From Acidimicrobiia bacterium (lineage in GTDB: Bacteria > Actinomycetota > Acidimicrobiia > Spongiisociales > Spongiisociaceae): a stretch of DNA of 21,876 bases. This document shows, piece by piece, positions 9,301 to 16,654 of the stretch. The position numbers were made by a program, and so were the translations under genes. Within the stretch, counting starts at the first letter, position 1; each line of letters opens with the position of its first letter. Location of the stretch: contig JBFGLM010000068.1 of assembly GCA_041576165.1 (NCBI GenBank), forward strand, positions 1 to 21,876. Reading direction: 5' to 3'. The notes under the pieces are model-generated. The model did not search any database. It was not told the origin of the DNA and saw nothing but the letters and a program-made list of their open reading frames with translations.

Positions 9301-9642
9301 GTGCCACGACACACGGTCATCCCGTCAAGAGTGTTGATCGTCATCTCCACGGTCGTTGTGGCTCTGGTGCTCCTCCTCGCTTCGAGCGTGGAGGCCACTT
9401 CAGATGAGGTCAGCGGCTCCCCATCGTCGCCCGGCGGCGGATCGAGCGTTGCCGTATCGGTTGAGCTCGCCGAATATGAGGTGCGAGCCGGAGACAGTTT
9501 GTGGCGGATCGCCGACGAGCACACATCGCCCGGTCACGACGTGCGCAATACGATCGAGGCGATCAAACGCCGCAACGGGCTCGACTCGAGCGTGATACGG
9601 CCCGGTCAGGTATTGGAGATCCCGCTTCGGTCTGCCGACTAG
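9301..9642 (+). CDS. Membrane-anchored LysM protein, probable SOS-induced cell-division inhibitor (ChiZ/DivS/YneA-like)
   Basis: GGAGGAG RBS before GTG 9301; one TM helix; C-terminal LysM YEVRAGDSLWRIA...IKRRNGL...IRPGQVLEIP; divergent from lexA. Confidence 0.88.
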   Translation: MPRHTVIPSRVLIVISTVVVALVLLLASSVEATSDEVSGSPSSPGGGSSVAVSVELAEYEVRAGDSLWRIADEHTSPGHDVRNTIEAIKRRNGLDSSVIRPGQVLEIPLRSAD

Positions 9643-9665
9643 CTCGGCTCAACGTAGCTCTACGA

Positions 9666-10970
9666 CTATCGCACGAGATCGATCGGATACTGGCTGAGCC
9701 GCTCGGCCCCGGTTGCGGTGATCAGGTATTGCTCTTCGAGCTTGATGCCTTCCCCGCCGCCACGTCGACTCACATAGGACTCCGCTGTAAGCACCATGCC
9801 GGGTTCCAGGTGACCTTCCCAGCCGTGCGCCTCGAAGTCGTGCGGCATCGGGATCTTGGGGTGCTCGTCGCACTGGCCGACCCCGTGGAACAGGACCGAG
9901 TAATGCAGGAAGTCCTCGCGCGGAGGCAGCATCGACTTCATGGCCAGGTCGCGAAAGGTGACCCCGGGAGCGAGCAGGTCCGCATTGTGCTCGATCTGGT
10001 CCCGGGAGAGGTTGTAGACGTAGTCCTGCTCTCGGGTGGGGGCGAGGTCGCCGGCGATCCAGCTACGAGAGATATCACACATCATCCCGTACGGGCCCAC
10101 CATGTCGGTGTCATAGGCGACCACGTCGCCCCGCTGGATCACGCGGCTGCTGGCCTCCTGCATCCACGGCACGGTGCGCGGTCCCGATGCCAGCAGCTGG
10201 GTCTCGATCCACTCTCCGCCTCGCTTGATGTTGCCGGCGTGGAGGTATGACCACACCTCTCGCTCGGTCATTCCGGGCTCGAGCGCGTTGTGCATCTCCT
10301 CCATGGCGGACTCGCAGGCGAATACGGCGCAACGCATCGCCTTGATCTCGTCTTCGCCCTTGATGAGTCGCGCCTCCTCCATGAGCTGCTGGCCGTTCTC
10401 GATGACCACGCCGCCGGCCTCGAGCGCCTTGTACGAGGAGTAATGCAGCTGATCGATGGCGATCCGGGGGCGGGAAGATCCCACGTGTTCCCGGAACACG
10501 TCGAGCATCTCATCGGCCCACGCGTGCGCCTTCTCCCGATATCGAGGCCCTGCCAGGTAGTAGGTGGGGGTCGTGGCGGGGCGCACCTCGTCGACCAGCG
10601 GGTTGTGGCCGGCGAGAAACTCGCAGTCGTCGAACTCCCACACGATCATCGAGCGATCCGCCCCGACCCAGGCAAACCGGGAGGCGTTGTGCATGATCCA
10701 CAGCTGCATGTTCGTGCTGTCGGATGCGTAACGAATGTTCATTGGGTCGGAGACGATGACGCCGTCGTAGCCGAACTCGTCGAGCATGGCGATGATCCGC
10801 TCGAATCGGTAGCGTCGCATCGCGGCGATATCGGGGAGCTCCAGTCCGGCGGCGGTCCACTCGGCTTCGAGCGCCGGGCCCGGTCCCAGCTCCATGTGGT
10901 GGTGCTGGCGCGCTGCGCCGACAAACGCGGCACCTTTCGCTGCAATGCTGTCGGCGATCTTGCCGGCCAT
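9666..10970 (-). CDS. dddP: M24 (Xaa-Pro peptidase fold) protein closely resembling DMSP lyase DddP
   Basis: Motifs DPMNIRYASDSTNMQLW, NIKRGGEWIETQLLASGPRT.PW, YDTDMVG...DISRSW, HGVGQCDE and IKLEEQ match DddP sequences as I recall them. Start placed at ATG 10970. Confidence 0.75.
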   Translation of the reverse strand: MAGKIADSIAAKGAAFVGAARQHHHMELGPGPALEAEWTAAGLELPDIAAMRRYRFERIIAMLDEFGYDGVIVSDPMNIRYASDSTNMQLWIMHNASRFAWVGADRSMIVWEFDDCEFLAGHNPLVDEVRPATTPTYYLAGPRYREKAHAWADEMLDVFREHVGSSRPRIAIDQLHYSSYKALEAGGVVIENGQQLMEEARLIKGEDEIKAMRCAVFACESAMEEMHNALEPGMTEREVWSYLHAGNIKRGGEWIETQLLASGPRTVPWMQEASSRVIQRGDVVAYDTDMVGPYGMMCDISRSWIAGDLAPTREQDYVYNLSRDQIEHNADLLAPGVTFRDLAMKSMLPPREDFLHYSVLFHGVGQCDEHPKIPMPHDFEAHGWEGHLEPGMVLTAESYVSRRGGGEGIKLEEQYLITATGAERLSQYPIDLVR

Positions 10971-11071
10971 GGCGCACCCTTCCCAGGTGTGCGGCGAGGA
11001 TAGGCCGGCGGTGGCACCGCTACGCACCACCGACAGGCAGCGGATGCATGGGGCGGGCTACGCTCCGCCCC

Positions 11072-11521
11072 ATGCATTGCCCCGCTTGCGACGGTGCCGA
11101 CACTCGTGTCATCGACAGTCGCGCCGCAGATGGCGGCGCCGCGGTGCGGCGGCGGCGGCGCTGCGAATCGTGCGAATACCGTTTCACTACGTATGAACGG
11201 TCGGTGCCGGCGGCGCAGGTGCGCAAGCGCAGCGGCGCGCTACAAGCGTTCGATCCCGAGAAGGTCCGCGCCGGGCTCGAGTCGGCCCTCGCGGACCGCC
11301 CGGTGGCTCCTGACACCGTGGAGCGATTGGTCGCTCGCACCGAGGCCCTCTTCGAGACGATGCCGGCGGTGACGACGGAGGACATCGGGCGGGTCGTGCT
11401 CGAAGGGCTGCGCGAGGTGGATGAAGTTGCCTACTTGCGGTTCGCTTCGGTCTACAAGGACTTCCAGGGAGCCTCCGACTTCGAGCGGGAGATGGCGGCA
11501 ATGGAGGAGTCGGCCGACTGA
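11072..11521 (+). CDS. nrdR: Ribonucleotide reductase repressor NrdR
   Basis: MHCPAC...TRVIDSR...RRRRRCESC.YRFTTYE zinc ribbon, ATP-cone, and DEVAYLRFASVYKDF. TACGCT lies 7 nt before the ATG, suggesting a leaderless transcript. Confidence 0.97.
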   Translation: MHCPACDGADTRVIDSRAADGGAAVRRRRRCESCEYRFTTYERSVPAAQVRKRSGALQAFDPEKVRAGLESALADRPVAPDTVERLVARTEALFETMPAVTTEDIGRVVLEGLREVDEVAYLRFASVYKDFQGASDFEREMAAMEESAD

Positions 11522-11552
11522 CTAGCCGCAAGCTCGGATCGAGCGCGCCGCG

Positions 11553-12620
11553 TCAGCGAGGCACCGCGGCGATGGCGACGCTCAGCCGATCGGCCAGCTC
11601 CAGAATGCGGGCGTCGAGCTCGCCGCGCAGCGTCGCCAACGGGTTGATCAGCTCGTCTTGGAGCATACGACGAGTGGCGTCGATCTCCTCCACCAGCCGG
11701 GACGTCTCATCCACCTGGCCGTCTCGAAGTGCCGTCAGATAGTCGTCCTGCCACTGGGCGAATTCGGTGGTCTCGGCGTCGACGAGCGCCCGCAGGTCGG
11801 CGAAGGGACCGTCCAGTGGCATCGCGTTGAGCGCCGCGACGCTCTCGGCGAGGACCTTCGCCAAGGCAGCAGTCTGCGCGGTGACCGTGGCGCTGTCGGC
11901 GGTGAGCGGCAATTCCTGGAAGTTCAAGACCGCAGCCAGCATCAGACGGAAGTCGGCGATCTCGGCCACGTCACTGCGGATCGCCGACGCCTCTGCAGCC
12001 AGGGGCTCCAATCCGCGCCTCACCTCTTCTAACTGCTCGAACCGCTCCTCCGCGCTCAACGGCAGGGCACTCGGCACCGGCTCGTTGGACACTGCCAGCA
12101 GTCGCCCGGTGCTGTCACCAACACCTGCCAGGTCGATGGCCAGCGAGCTGATGTCCGGAGTCGCGCTGGCTGGCTCCGTGGCGGTCGCCAAAGCTTGTTG
12201 AAGGGGAGACAGGTCGCCATAGAGACCCGTCAACGCCGCCAGCATTCGGTCGGCATGCTCGGCAGCGCGTTGCTCGGACGCCTGCGGCATCCACCACAGT
12301 GCGAAGCCGGCGGCGGTAACAAGGAAGATCATCACTGCGATGACCCACCAACGAATCCGGCGTCGCGAAGCCGCGGTGGCGCTCAGCTCGTGCGGTGCCC
12401 ATCCGGCCAGTGGATCGTCGGTCGGGGCAGGGAGTTGTGCGGTCTGTTCCCACATGCCGGCGACGAGCTCTTCGGTTCGAGTGGCGGGGCGCGTGGCGGC
12501 GACCTCTTGCAGTGAGGTAGGGCCGGCGGCGCTTTCGATACCCAGCATGCGCAGGTACCACTCGCCTCTGTCGCCGGCCCTATCGTCGGTCTGTGGCCGG
12601 CTGGCCTGCTTCTTCACCAC
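11553..12620 (-). CDS. Hypothetical single-pass membrane protein with a large alpha-helical C-terminal domain
   Basis: 355-aa ORF filling the gap between nrdR and dut; RRRIRWWVIAVMIFLVTAAGFALWW TM segment followed by Ala/Leu/Glu-rich helices. Confidence 0.75.
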   Translation of the reverse strand: MVKKQASRPQTDDRAGDRGEWYLRMLGIESAAGPTSLQEVAATRPATRTEELVAGMWEQTAQLPAPTDDPLAGWAPHELSATAASRRRIRWWVIAVMIFLVTAAGFALWWMPQASEQRAAEHADRMLAALTGLYGDLSPLQQALATATEPASATPDISSLAIDLAGVGDSTGRLLAVSNEPVPSALPLSAEERFEQLEEVRRGLEPLAAEASAIRSDVAEIADFRLMLAAVLNFQELPLTADSATVTAQTAALAKVLAESVAALNAMPLDGPFADLRALVDAETTEFAQWQDDYLTALRDGQVDETSRLVEEIDATRRMLQDELINPLATLRGELDARILELADRLSVAIAAVPR

Positions 12621-12646
12621 TGCGCTCAGTTACCCTTGCCGCTCGA

Positions 12647-13084
12647 ATGGACACCGCGAAGATACTCGTCAAGCGACTCGACCCGGAGCTTCCACTACCT
12701 TCCCACGCCAGATCCGGCGATGCCGGCGTCGATCTGTTTGCCCGCGACGGGGGTGTCCTCGGCCCCGGCGAGCGGGGCCATGTCCCCACGGGAATCGCAG
12801 TGGCCATACCTGAAGGATTCGTTGGATTGATCACGCCGCGCTCGGGGTTGGCAACGAGGCACGGCATCAGCCTGGTGAACTCGCCCGGCGTCCTGGACTC
12901 GGGTTTTCGGGGTGAGATTCACGTCGTGGTGATCAACCAGGGAAGCGAGGGCTTCACCTATCGGCGGGGTGACCGCATTGCGCAGCTCGTGGTGGTTCCT
13001 TTTGTCACCCAAGAGCTGGTCGTGGTCGATGAGCTCCCGGATAGCGGGCGCGGCGACGGCGGGTTCGGCTCGACGGGGTCTTGA
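12647..13084 (+). CDS. dut: dUTP diphosphatase
   Basis: Motifs GDAGVDL, PRSGLA, NSPGVLDSGFRGEI, GDRIAQLV and RGDGGFGSTG. Start placed at ATG 12647. Confidence 0.97.
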   Translation: MDTAKILVKRLDPELPLPSHARSGDAGVDLFARDGGVLGPGERGHVPTGIAVAIPEGFVGLITPRSGLATRHGISLVNSPGVLDSGFRGEIHVVVINQGSEGFTYRRGDRIAQLVVVPFVTQELVVVDELPDSGRGDGGFGSTGS

Positions 13085-13091
13085 TTCCATC

Positions 13092-13111
13092 GGCGGCGGT
13101 CAGCCGCCGCC
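13092..13111 (+). terminator. Hairpin after dut
   Basis: GGCGGCGG-TCAG-CCGCCGCC, perfect 8-bp stem, no U-tract. Confidence 0.45.
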
Positions 13112-13141
13112 TCCGAGGGGTCTGATAAGCTGTTGCTTCGT

Positions 13142-13217
13142 GCGGACGTAGCTCAGCTGGTAGAGCGCAACCTTGCCAAGGTTGAGGTCGCCGGTTCGAT
13201 CCCGGTCGTCCGCTCCA
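13142..13217 (+). tRNA. tRNA-Gly(GCC)
   Basis: Cloverleaf with acceptor GCGGACG/CGTCCGC, anticodon arm CAACC-TTGCCAA-GGTTG, GTTCGATCC T-loop and encoded CCA. A TAAGCT -10 lies at 13126-13131. Confidence 0.98.
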
Positions 13218-13218
13218 T

Positions 13219-13244
13219 AGGGCGGTCAGGCTGACCGCCCTTTT
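13219..13244 (+). terminator. Terminator-like hairpin plus TTTT between tRNA-Gly and tRNA-Cys
   Basis: AGGGCGGTCA-GGC-TGACCGCCCT followed by TTT. Confidence 0.55.
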
Positions 13245-13246
13245 CT

Positions 13247-13320
13247 GGCGACGTGGCCGAGTGGTTAGGCAAGGGTCTGCAAAACCCTCTACCCGGGTTC
13301 GATTCCCGGCGTCGCCTCCA
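13247..13320 (+). tRNA. tRNA-Cys(GCA)
   Basis: Acceptor GGCGACG/CGTCGCC; anticodon arm AGGGT-CTGCAAA-ACCCT; encoded CCA. Confidence 0.98.
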
Positions 13321-13338
13321 GCGTAAGATGCCCCTCAC

Positions 13339-13410
13339 GGGCGCTTAGCTCAGTGGAAGAGCGCTTCCTTGACGCGGAAGAGGTCGGCAGTTCGATCCTG
13401 CCAGCGCCCA
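13339..13410 (+). tRNA. tRNA-Val(GAC), CCA not encoded
   Basis: Acceptor GGGCGCT/AGCGCCC; anticodon arm CTTCC-TTGACGC-GGAAG; T-arm GGCAG-TTCGATC-CTGCC. Confidence 0.97.
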
Positions 13411-13705
13411 CTTTCTGAGTGTTGTGATTGGGGTTGTACGTGTGTTGTCGGGAGTGTCCCGGTTGTGGTGGTTTGGATGCGAGGCTTTTTGGGGGGCTGG
13501 CGTGGTGGGGTGGGGTGTTGGCTGATGGTGGCGCCGTGCGGTGGCGCGGATAGGGTTCGATCCCAGTAGCGCCCACTTTCTGAGCGTTGTGTGTGCCGCC
13601 GTACGTGGGTTGTCGGGGGGTGTCCCGGTTGTGGTGGTTTTTTGGGGGGCTGGCGTGGTGGGGTGGGGTGTTGCCTGATGGTGGCGCCGTGCGGTGCTTG
13701 GTTCG
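13390..13705 (+). repeat. Two-copy G/T-rich tandem repeat (165-bp first period) beginning with the tRNA-Val 3' end
   Basis: Unit 1 starts GTTCGATCC at 13390 and unit 2 at 13555. Both share AGCGCCCACTTTCTGAG...TGTCCCGGTTGTGGTGGTTT...GGGGGGCTGGCGTGGTGGGGTGGGGTGTTG.CTGATGGTGGCGCCGTGCGGTG. A further GTTCG begins at 13701. Confidence 0.93.
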
Positions 13706-13757
13706 CCAGTCGGCGAATAGCCACAAATAGCTCTCCAGCCGTCGGTACGATCCGCCC

Positions 13758-15200
13758 GTGGATCAAGATTCGAGAAGTGCTGCGCCGCGTCCGCTACGGG
13801 CCGCGTTCTTGTCGGCCGTCTTCCCGGGTGCCGGCCAGCTGTACGTGGGCGCTCGCCGCCGGGGCTGGTGGATGCTCGCCATCGACGGCTCATTGATCGC
13901 AATCTTGCTGCTCTACCTGCTGCGCGGCGAGCTGGCCGTGGCCAAGGACTGGGTACGGCCCGGCGCGCTGGCGGTCATGATGATGATCAATCTGGCCCTA
14001 TTCGGTTTTCGAGTAGTGGCTTCCAGAGACGCTTACCTCTTGGCCCGCGGGAGAGCGGAGCCGCACCAGGGCTTAGCCTTCCTGGGCGGTCTCGGGATTG
14101 CGGTGGTGTTGCTGACCCCGCATGCCGTTTTCGGCTATTACAGCGCAGTGCAGTACGAGTTGATCACGACGGTGTTCGAAGCAGAAGATGTCGCCGCCCC
14201 GACCGTCCCGGCCCCGGTCGACCCGTCCCCCACGGCGTCTCCGCCCGGGGCATCCTCGGCTCCGTCGACGACGGTTGTAGGGACGACGGCGGCGTCGGAG
14301 CCGGCGATCTGGGATGGGCTGGACCGGCTCAACGTCTTGCTGCTCGGCGGAGATGCCGGGGTCGGGAGAACCGGCATCCGCACCGATACGATGATCGTCG
14401 TCAGCGTCGACCCGGAAACCGGTAACACCGCGATGTTCGGGATTCCGCGCAACTTCGTGCAGGTCCCGTTGCCGCCAGGGCACGGCGTTTGGGACTGCAA
14501 TTGCTACCCGAGGTTGCTCAACGATCTGTATATCGAGGGGACCCAGCGGCCGGAAGCGTTTCCCGGACCGGGCGAGCCGGGAGTCAACGCCATCAAAGGT
14601 GGGATAAGTCAGTTGCTGGGGATACCCATCCACTACTACGCCCTCGTGACGCTCGATGCCTTCGTCGGCATCGTCGATGCGCTGGGGGGTGTCGAGATCG
14701 ATGTCCAGTTCCGCATAGTGGACGAGATCTATCCCCATGAAGACGGAATCACGATCGAGTCGATCGTGATCGAGCCCGGTGTGCAAACCCTCGATGGTCA
14801 CCTGGCGCTCGCCTATGCCCGGATTCGCCGCCACGCCGACGACTATGCGCGTATGAACCGGCAGCGGTGTGTCCTCGAGGCGCTTGTTGAGCAATCGAAC
14901 CCAGCCGAGCTGGTAATCGCCTATCCGCGCATTGCGTCCGTCTTGGAAGACACGCTGCAGACGGACATCCCAATCTCGCGGCTGCCCGACTTCATAGACC
15001 TGCTGCCGAAGATCGACACCGACCGGATCACCACGCTCCGATTCATCCCACCAACCTATGTGGCCGGCCTCGACGCCCGCGGCAGAGACATTCCCGCCGT
15101 CAAGCGGATCCGCCGCGACGTCCAGGTCGCCATCACCCTTTCACCGGAGGAAGCGATCGCGACCCTCGGCGTCGAGACGCTCGAGGAGACATGCGCTTGA
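13758..15200 (+). CDS. LCP (LytR-CpsA-Psr) family cell-wall glycopolymer transferase with N-terminal TM helices
   Basis: Motifs LNVLLLGGD, RTDTMIVVSVD, GIPRN, FVGIVDALGGV and ALAYARIR...DDYARMNRQRCV. TACGAT lies 6 nt before the GTG, suggesting a leaderless transcript. Confidence 0.95.
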   Translation: MDQDSRSAAPRPLRAAFLSAVFPGAGQLYVGARRRGWWMLAIDGSLIAILLLYLLRGELAVAKDWVRPGALAVMMMINLALFGFRVVASRDAYLLARGRAEPHQGLAFLGGLGIAVVLLTPHAVFGYYSAVQYELITTVFEAEDVAAPTVPAPVDPSPTASPPGASSAPSTTVVGTTAASEPAIWDGLDRLNVLLLGGDAGVGRTGIRTDTMIVVSVDPETGNTAMFGIPRNFVQVPLPPGHGVWDCNCYPRLLNDLYIEGTQRPEAFPGPGEPGVNAIKGGISQLLGIPIHYYALVTLDAFVGIVDALGGVEIDVQFRIVDEIYPHEDGITIESIVIEPGVQTLDGHLALAYARIRRHADDYARMNRQRCVLEALVEQSNPAELVIAYPRIASVLEDTLQTDIPISRLPDFIDLLPKIDTDRITTLRFIPPTYVAGLDARGRDIPAVKRIRRDVQVAITLSPEEAIATLGVETLEETCA

Positions 15201-15396
15201 GAGCTGGCTGCGCGGCTCGCCGTTGACATACAGCACGGGCGCGCCGAGGCGGTTGACGCGATGGGATGGATTCTGCCAACCATCGGACGCTGCGTTTGCC
15301 ACATGGCAGGGGGCGGCGGGCCGTTGGCCTCTTTCGCCGGCACCATCGGCTGTGGCATCAGTGGGGTGAGATGTGATCTCAGGTCGGGAGGTGAGC

Positions 15397-15882
15397 GTGG
15401 ATTCTGGAGTGCGGCCGGTTCCAACGGGCGCCGGTGTCGGATTCTCCCGGGTGGAGACCTCCATCCTGACCAACGGCGTGACCTGGTACATGCGGTCGCG
15501 CCTCGCCGTGGACGACCGACTAATGCGTGTCGCGACACCGCGCACCGTCCTCGGATTCTTACCGATCGGGACGAAGAACTTCGAAGTCGACCTGAATGAG
15601 GTGCGAGGCGCGAGCGTGGGGAGCCGGCTCTACCCGGAGCGGCTGGTCGTGGCGATCGGGCTTGCCCTGCTGGCGGTGCTCGGCGACTTCTCCACGGTGA
15701 CGACGATCCTGCTGGGTGTCGCCACGCTGGCGATGCTCCTGCTGAGCTTCATCGCCGTGCTGCGCATCGAGGCGAAGCCGGAGCGCCCCTTCATAGTGCC
15801 AGTCTGTCTGGCCCACATCCCCCGAGCGCGCCGGGTTGTCGCTGAGATCGAGGAAAGGTCCGCAGCAGCTATCACGAAGTGA
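15397..15882 (+). CDS. Hypothetical membrane protein (two TM helices flanked by beta-rich segments), first gene of a putative operon
   Basis: GGGAGG RBS before GTG 15397 (alternative start 15373); stop is 6 nt before the next ATG. Confidence 0.7.
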   Translation: MDSGVRPVPTGAGVGFSRVETSILTNGVTWYMRSRLAVDDRLMRVATPRTVLGFLPIGTKNFEVDLNEVRGASVGSRLYPERLVVAIGLALLAVLGDFSTVTTILLGVATLAMLLLSFIAVLRIEAKPERPFIVPVCLAHIPRARRVVAEIEERSAAAITK

Positions 15883-15888
15883 CGCGGA

Positions 15889-16524
15889 ATGATCGACGAA
15901 CTGGAGCTGACGGTCCGGATTCTGGGGGCACTTGGGTTACTCACCGTGTGGATCGTCTCTGGATCGGAGGCGGTCCGCAGTCGCGACCGACCGGTCGGTC
16001 GTCGGATCGGGCTGGCGAAGCGACGAGGGGCCCTTGCCGCCTATCTACTGGCGGCGATCCCATATTTCACGGTGTGGATCCTGCTGTGGCGGCCCCTACC
16101 AATCGAACCGCCGCAATGGGCCCGGGTGCTCGCCCTCATCGTCGGTTTCTGCCTCGGCCTCGCCGGCTTGATCGTCTACTTGTGGGGGCGGGTCGCGCTC
16201 GGCGCCATGTACAACGTCAGCTCCACCCTGGGCACCGAGCTATACGCCGACCACCGCCTCGTCACCAGCGGACCCTTCCGCTACGTGCGCCATCCCATGT
16301 ACCTCGGCATTGCGCTGGCCGCGCTTGGGGCGCTGGCGGTCTATCGCAACTGGGCCATGGTCTTCGCAGTTGCCGTCCTTCCCGCCTTCGCCTTGAAGGC
16401 CCGCCACGAAGAGCGCTTATTGGCTGCTGAGTTCGGCGCCGAATGGCAGGCCTACGCAGACCAAGTTCCCGCATGGTGGCCGCGCCGTATCCGCGTAGGT
16501 CATCAGCGGTTGCTCGTCGAGTGA
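15889..16524 (+). CDS. Isoprenylcysteine carboxyl methyltransferase (ICMT/Ste14/PEMT) family membrane methyltransferase
   Basis: HRLVTSGPFRYVRHPMYLG and EERLLAAEFGAEWQAY...VPAWWP signature motifs; multiple TM helices. Confidence 0.9.
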   Translation: MIDELELTVRILGALGLLTVWIVSGSEAVRSRDRPVGRRIGLAKRRGALAAYLLAAIPYFTVWILLWRPLPIEPPQWARVLALIVGFCLGLAGLIVYLWGRVALGAMYNVSSTLGTELYADHRLVTSGPFRYVRHPMYLGIALAALGALAVYRNWAMVFAVAVLPAFALKARHEERLLAAEFGAEWQAYADQVPAWWPRRIRVGHQRLLVE

Positions 16525-16534
16525 GGAGATTGAA

Positions 16535-16654
16535 ATGACCGAGCCACAGGAGCCTCGTGGATCTCGTCCCTGGTTGAACACATTCTTGATTGTCTTAGCA
16601 GTAATCATCATCGGAGTTGGAGTCTGTTTCGCCGTGTTCGCTGGCGGCGGCTGA
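16535..16654 (+). CDS. 39-aa hydrophobic single-Cys peptide absent from the ORF track: MTEPQEPRGSRPWLNTFLIVLAVIIIGVGVCFAVFAGGG; putative precursor peptide
   Basis: Translated by hand. RBS GAGGAG overlaps the upstream TGA; the peptide's TGA overlaps the lgt-like ATG (TGATG). Layout is signal-peptide-like: polar/basic N-region, hydrophobic helix, Gly-Val-Cys. Confidence 0.85.
   Translation: MTEPQEPRGSRPWLNTFLIVLAVIIIGVGVCFAVFAGGG

Noticed and set aside
13555-13576. Duplicated tRNA 3' end as attR of an intact integrative element
   Set aside because: It is only 165 bp from the tRNA, with no integrase or cargo, and the duplication extends far beyond the tRNA end. At most a scar.
13289-13902. Pro/His/Thr-rich minus-strand ORFs with internal repeats
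   Set aside because: They are translations of the tRNA genes and the G/T-rich tandem repeat, not credible proteins.
15889-16524. ICMT-family gene as MddA methanethiol methyltransferase functionally linked to dddP
   Set aside because: Only generic family motifs are visible; it is 5 kb from dddP and coupled instead to the peptide-lgt-rSAM genes.
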